NCBI GenBank assembly: GCA_040218735.1
Contig: JAVJQW010000062.1
Location: 320,001 to 384,000 of the forward strand
Length of the DNA stretch: 64,000 nt
Source: Deltaproteobacteria bacterium
GTDB taxonomy: Bacteria > Myxococcota > Kuafuiibacteriia > Kuafuiibacteriales > Kuafuiibacteriaceae
Direction of reading: 5' to 3'
Under the pieces are notes generated by a model that was not told where the DNA came from, searched no databases, and was given only the letters and a program-made list of their open reading frames with translations. Both the position numbers and the translations under genes were made by a program. Shown here piece by piece: positions 60,361 through 64,000 of the stretch (positions are counted from its first letter, which is position 1; each line of letters opens with the position of its first letter).

Positions 60361-61685
60361 AAGAGCGGCGCGACGATCGCCTGGGCGTGCGCGTTCGCCT
60401 GCTCGACGAGCCGCTTGACGTTCACGCCGAGCACCTTCTTGCGCCGCACCCGCTGCACACCGTCGACCCAGACGTGCTCCACGTCCGAGGCCTGCGCGCT
60501 GTACACGAGCACCGAGTAGGGATCGGCGAGCGGCGCCGAGTGGAGCTGCCGCGGATCCACGACGACCACGTCGGCCTGCTTGCCCTCCTCGAGCGAGCCG
60601 ATCCGCTCCGACTCGCCGAGCGCCTGCGCGCCGTTGAGCGTCGCCATCTCGAACACCGTCTTCGCTGGCATCGCCGTCGGCCCGAAGCGCGGCTTGTGGA
60701 TCAGCGCCGCGAGCCGCATCTCCGTGAACGCGTCGAGGTTGTTGTTGCAGGGCGCGCCGTCCGCCGCGAGGCCGACGTTGATACCCATCTCCAACAAGTC
60801 CGGCACCCGCGCGAAGCCACTCGCGAGCTTGAGGTTCGACGACGGGCAGTGCGCCACGCTCGTCTTCGTGTCCGCGAGGATGCGCTGCTCGGCCGCCGTC
60901 ACCCAGACGCAGTGCGCGAACACCGTGTCCTCGCCGGACATCCCGAGCTGGTGCAGGTACGCCACGTTGTCCGCACCGCAGCGGTCGCGCACCTGCATGA
61001 TCTCTTCGCTGTTCTCGGACGCGTGGGTGTGGAGGATGAGCCCCCGCTTCCTCGCCTCTTCGACGGAGCGCACCAAGAGCTCCTCGGTGCACGACAGCAC
61101 GAAGCGCGGCATGAACGCGTAACGCAGCCGCCCGTTCTCGGCGCCGTGCCACTTCTCCGCGAGGCGGATGCACTCCTCGATCGAATCGTCCGTCGTCTCG
61201 CGCAGCCCGGCCGGGAGCCCCTGCCCCTGGTCCATCATCGCCTTGCCGATCGTCGCGCGCAGACCGACCTTCTTCACCGCCTCGAACACCGCGTCGGTGT
61301 GGCGCACGGTGGCCATGTCGAGAATCGCGGTGGTGCCCGAGCGCAGCAGCTCCGCCGCGCCGAGCAGCGCCGAGGTGTACAGCGACGCGTGCGAGTGCCC
61401 GCCCTCGAACGGCCAGATGCGCTGGCCGAGCCAGTCGAGGAGCACGAGGTCGTCCGCGAAGCCGCGGAAGAGGGTCTGGCAGAGGTGGGTGTGGGGTTGG
61501 ATGAGCCCCGGGATCACGTAGCGACCCGCGCAGTCGATCGTCTCGTCGACCTTCTTCCGCGTGGGCGCGCCGACGGAGACGATCTTGTCGCCCTCGATCA
61601 GCAGGTCCCCGACGCCCACGTGGCGGTCGCCGTTCATCGTCACCAACGTGCCGCCCTTGAGCAGGGTGCGGATCGCGCGCGCCAT
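60357..61685 (-). CDS. amidohydrolase, 5'-deoxyadenosine/MTA-SAH deaminase (MtaD/DadD-like)
   Basis: PGLIQPHTH, SGTT, HTHASE, AHCVW, HCPSSNLKL, AADG, ATLNGA. Confidence 0.88.
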   Translation of the reverse strand: MARAIRTLLKGGTLVTMNGDRHVGVGDLLIEGDKIVSVGAPTRKKVDETIDCAGRYVIPGLIQPHTHLCQTLFRGFADDLVLLDWLGQRIWPFEGGHSHASLYTSALLGAAELLRSGTTAILDMATVRHTDAVFEAVKKVGLRATIGKAMMDQGQGLPAGLRETTDDSIEECIRLAEKWHGAENGRLRYAFMPRFVLSCTEELLVRSVEEARKRGLILHTHASENSEEIMQVRDRCGADNVAYLHQLGMSGEDTVFAHCVWVTAAEQRILADTKTSVAHCPSSNLKLASGFARVPDLLEMGINVGLAADGAPCNNNLDAFTEMRLAALIHKPRFGPTAMPAKTVFEMATLNGAQALGESERIGSLEEGKQADVVVVDPRQLHSAPLADPYSVLVYSAQASDVEHVWVDGVQRVRRKKVLGVNVKRLVEQANAHAQAIVAPLL

Positions 61686-61686
61686 C

Positions 61687-62103
61687 TTACAGGTCCTCGG
61701 GGGTGAAGGCGTCCGGGAGGAGCGCGTCGATGGTGGTCAGGACGGGGACGTCGTCGTCGGTCGCGAGCGCCACGACGAGGTGCGGCGCAAACTCGGACAG
61801 CGCCTGCCGACAGTTGCCGCAGGGGGCCCCCGGGCGACCGCCCGGTTTCTTGGGGGCGGTGACCACGGCGATCGAATCGAACTCCCGGGCGCCGGCCGCC
61901 ACGGCGGTGGTCAGGGCGTTGACCTCGGCGCAGACGCCGGTCGGGAAGGCGCTGTTCTCGACGTTGACCCCCGTGAACACCCGCCCGTCCTTCGCGCGGA
62001 TCGCCGCGCCGACCCGGTAGTCCGAGTACGGGGCGTAGGCGCGGGGGCGGATCGAGCGGGCCGCGTCCACGAGAGCCAGGAGCGCCGCGTCCAACGTCGC
62101 CAT
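61687..62103 (-). CDS. cdd: cytidine deaminase (homotetrameric type)
   Basis: AYAPYS..VGAA, GVNVEN, CAE, PCGNCRQ, LLPDAF. Confidence 0.95.
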   Translation of the reverse strand: MATLDAALLALVDAARSIRPRAYAPYSDYRVGAAIRAKDGRVFTGVNVENSAFPTGVCAEVNALTTAVAAGAREFDSIAVVTAPKKPGGRPGAPCGNCRQALSEFAPHLVVALATDDDVPVLTTIDALLPDAFTPEDL

Positions 62104-62192
62104 GCGCGCGGTACATCACCACAATTCGGGCGATCCGTAAAACGAAGCGACGCTTGATCGCGGCCGCCCGGCCCCCTATGCGAGGAGCCCAC

Positions 62193-64000
62193 GTGCTGAA
62201 GGCCCTGACCAACTTCCTGATCGCGCGCCACCGGATGGCGCTGATCGTCGCGTTGGTCAGCTCGGCGCCGATGCTCTACTGGTCCACGCTCCTGTTCGCC
62301 GACGTCCGGGCCGACCTCAAGGAGCTGCTCCCCAAGAGCGCGCCGAGTGTCCTGACGCTGCGGGAGCTGGAGCGCCGGTTCGGCGGGTTCTCGCAGCTGT
62401 CGATCGTCGTGACCTCGCCGGACGCGGAGGCGAACCGGCGCTTCTCGGACGACCTTGTCGCGAAGCTCGAGCAAGCACCGCAGATCCGATCCATCCGCAA
62501 CAAACTCGGCGAGGAGAAGAAGTTCTTCGAGCCGCGCCGGCACCTCTACGTCGACCTCGAAGACCTGGAGGAGATCGAGGAGCGCATCGAGGACGCGATC
62601 CACGACGCGAAGGTCGCCGCGAACCCGTTGCTCGTCGACCTGTCCGACATGTCCACGAAGGTCACCCTCGACTTCTCGGACATCGAAAAGAAGTACGAGG
62701 GCGAGCTGAGCCTCGCGAAGCGCTTCCCGAACGACTACTTCGAGTCGAAGGACAAGACCGAGCTCGCGGTGATCCTCCGGCAGCGCGGGCTGGCGTTCGG
62801 GCTGGAGCGCAACCAGGCGCTCGTCGCGCTGGTGGAGGGCACGGTCGCGGAGCTGAATCCGGCGTCGTACCACCCGGACCTCGTCGTCGGCCTCGGCGGC
62901 GACGTGAAGAACCTGATCGAGGAGACGACCTCGCTCGTGGAGGACCTCGTCCTCGCGTCGGTGGTGGTCGCGATCCTCCTCGCGCTCGTCGTGGTCGGTT
63001 ACTACCGCCGGCTGCGGTCGATGCTCCTGATCGCGATACCGCTCTACGTCGGGTGTGTGTGGACGTTCGGGCTGTCGCACTTCCTCGTCGGCTACCTCAA
63101 CGCGTCGACGGCGTTCCTCGGGCCGATCGTGCCCGGCAACGGCATCAACTTCGGGCTGATCCTGCTCGCGCGTTACATCGAAGAGCGCCGCGCGGGGACG
63201 CCGGTGGACCGCGCGATCCACACCGCGGTGGAGTTCACCGCGAAGGCCACGATCACCGCGGCGGTCGCGGCGTCTATCGCCTACGGGTCGCTGATGGTGA
63301 CCGACTTCCTCGGGTTCAAACACTTCGGGGTCATCGGCGGCATCGGCATGGTGCTGTGCTGGATCGCGACCTTCGTCGTGCTGCCGCCGCTCATCGTCTT
63401 CGTGGAGCGGCGCTGGCCCATGGACCCGTCGAAGGAGCGCTTCAAGCTCTACGAGTCGGGGCGCCTCGCCGCCCTCCCCGCGCGCTGGGTCGGTCGGCAC
63501 GCGCGCCTCCTCGCGTGGTTCGGGCTCGTGACAGGGCTGGCGGCGGTCGTCGTCACCGTGCTGTTCCTGAAGGACCCGCTCGAGAAGGACTTCGAGAAGC
63601 TCCGGAACACCGGCGCGCACGAAAAGGGCGCGGCGTACTGGGAGAAGAAGGTCGACAAGATCTTCGGGCGGTACCTCGCGCCGCAGGTGATCATCGCCGA
63701 GAAGAAGTCCGACGTTCCGCAGATCGTCGCGGCGCTCGAGAAGGTCATCGACGAGCAGGGGGACAACAGCCCGGTATCGGACGTCGACGCGCTCTCGACG
63801 CTGGTGCCCAAGAACCAGGAGGACAAGATCGAGGTCCTCGAGCGCATCCGCGAGCTCTTGAACGACGACCTCATCGCGCAGCTCGACGACGACCAAGCCG
63901 AGATCGCCAAACAGCAGCGGCCCCCCGCCGACCTCGAGCCGTTCGGCGAACAGGACCTCCCGGAGGGGATCCGCGCCGACTTCCGCGAGCTCGACGGCCG
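62193..64000 (+). CDS. MMPL/RND-family membrane transporter, partial (runs off the window end; absent from the ORF track)
   Basis: GAGGAG then GTG; reads VLKALTNFLIARHR...DLKELLP...RFGG, TM bundle, GNGINFG, FLGFKHFGVIGGIG. Confidence 0.88.
   Translation, partial: MLKALTNFLIARHRMALIVALVSSAPMLYWSTLLFADVRADLKELLPKSAPSVLTLRELERRFGGFSQLSIVVTSPDAEANRRFSDDLVAKLEQAPQIRSIRNKLGEEKKFFEPRRHLYVDLEDLEEIEERIEDAIHDAKVAANPLLVDLSDMSTKVTLDFSDIEKKYEGELSLAKRFPNDYFESKDKTELAVILRQRGLAFGLERNQALVALVEGTVAELNPASYHPDLVVGLGGDVKNLIEETTSLVEDLVLASVVVAILLALVVVGYYRRLRSMLLIAIPLYVGCVWTFGLSHFLVGYLNASTAFLGPIVPGNGINFGLILLARYIEERRAGTPVDRAIHTAVEFTAKATITAAVAASIAYGSLMVTDFLGFKHFGVIGGIGMVLCWIATFVVLPPLIVFVERRWPMDPSKERFKLYESGRLAALPARWVGRHARLLAWFGLVTGLAAVVVTVLFLKDPLEKDFEKLRNTGAHEKGAAYWEKKVDKIFGRYLAPQVIIAEKKSDVPQIVAALEKVIDEQGDNSPVSDVDALSTLVPKNQEDKIEVLERIRELLNDDLIAQLDDDQAEIAKQQRPPADLEPFGEQDLPEGIRADFRELDG

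Overview
High-GC chromosomal window, most consistent with a Myxococcota/deltaproteobacterial-type organism (inferred from gene content: DUF4388 receiver, lidless Hsp70s with a J-protein, Ser/Thr kinase-PEGA pair, DAG/DGG-linker lipoproteins). It opens with a minus-strand rRNA operon (16S, tRNA-Ile, tRNA-Ala, 5' part of 23S) behind two tandem sigma70-type promoters. Next come gmk-yicC, dispersed LPS genes (three GT9, GT4, lpxK, lpxL, split hldA/hldC), a degenerate chemoreceptor, a Cys-less class II amidotransferase opposite an Hsp70/J pair, xdhC-mocA, glutaminase, a two-component-linked RND pump and a kinase-PEGA-lipoprotein run. An accessory block follows (DUF6600 protein, collagen fibre plus small lipoprotein, LysR, class III cyclase, yeeE/yedE pair), then rph-rdgB with four tRNAs, a lipase-like protein, an amidase overlapping a PolA lacking the 5'-3' nuclease, a second Hsp70, an HNH remnant, cdd plus a deaminase, and a partial MMPL transporter. 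No CRISPR array, integrase or intact transposase is visible. Best leads: the lipoprotein plus 72-triplet collagen fibre module, the PolA with altered motif A, the plant-like alpha/beta hydrolase, and two intergenic repeat arrays flanking the DUF4388/GATase/Hsp70 locus. All family calls come from motif recognition by eye, not database searches.
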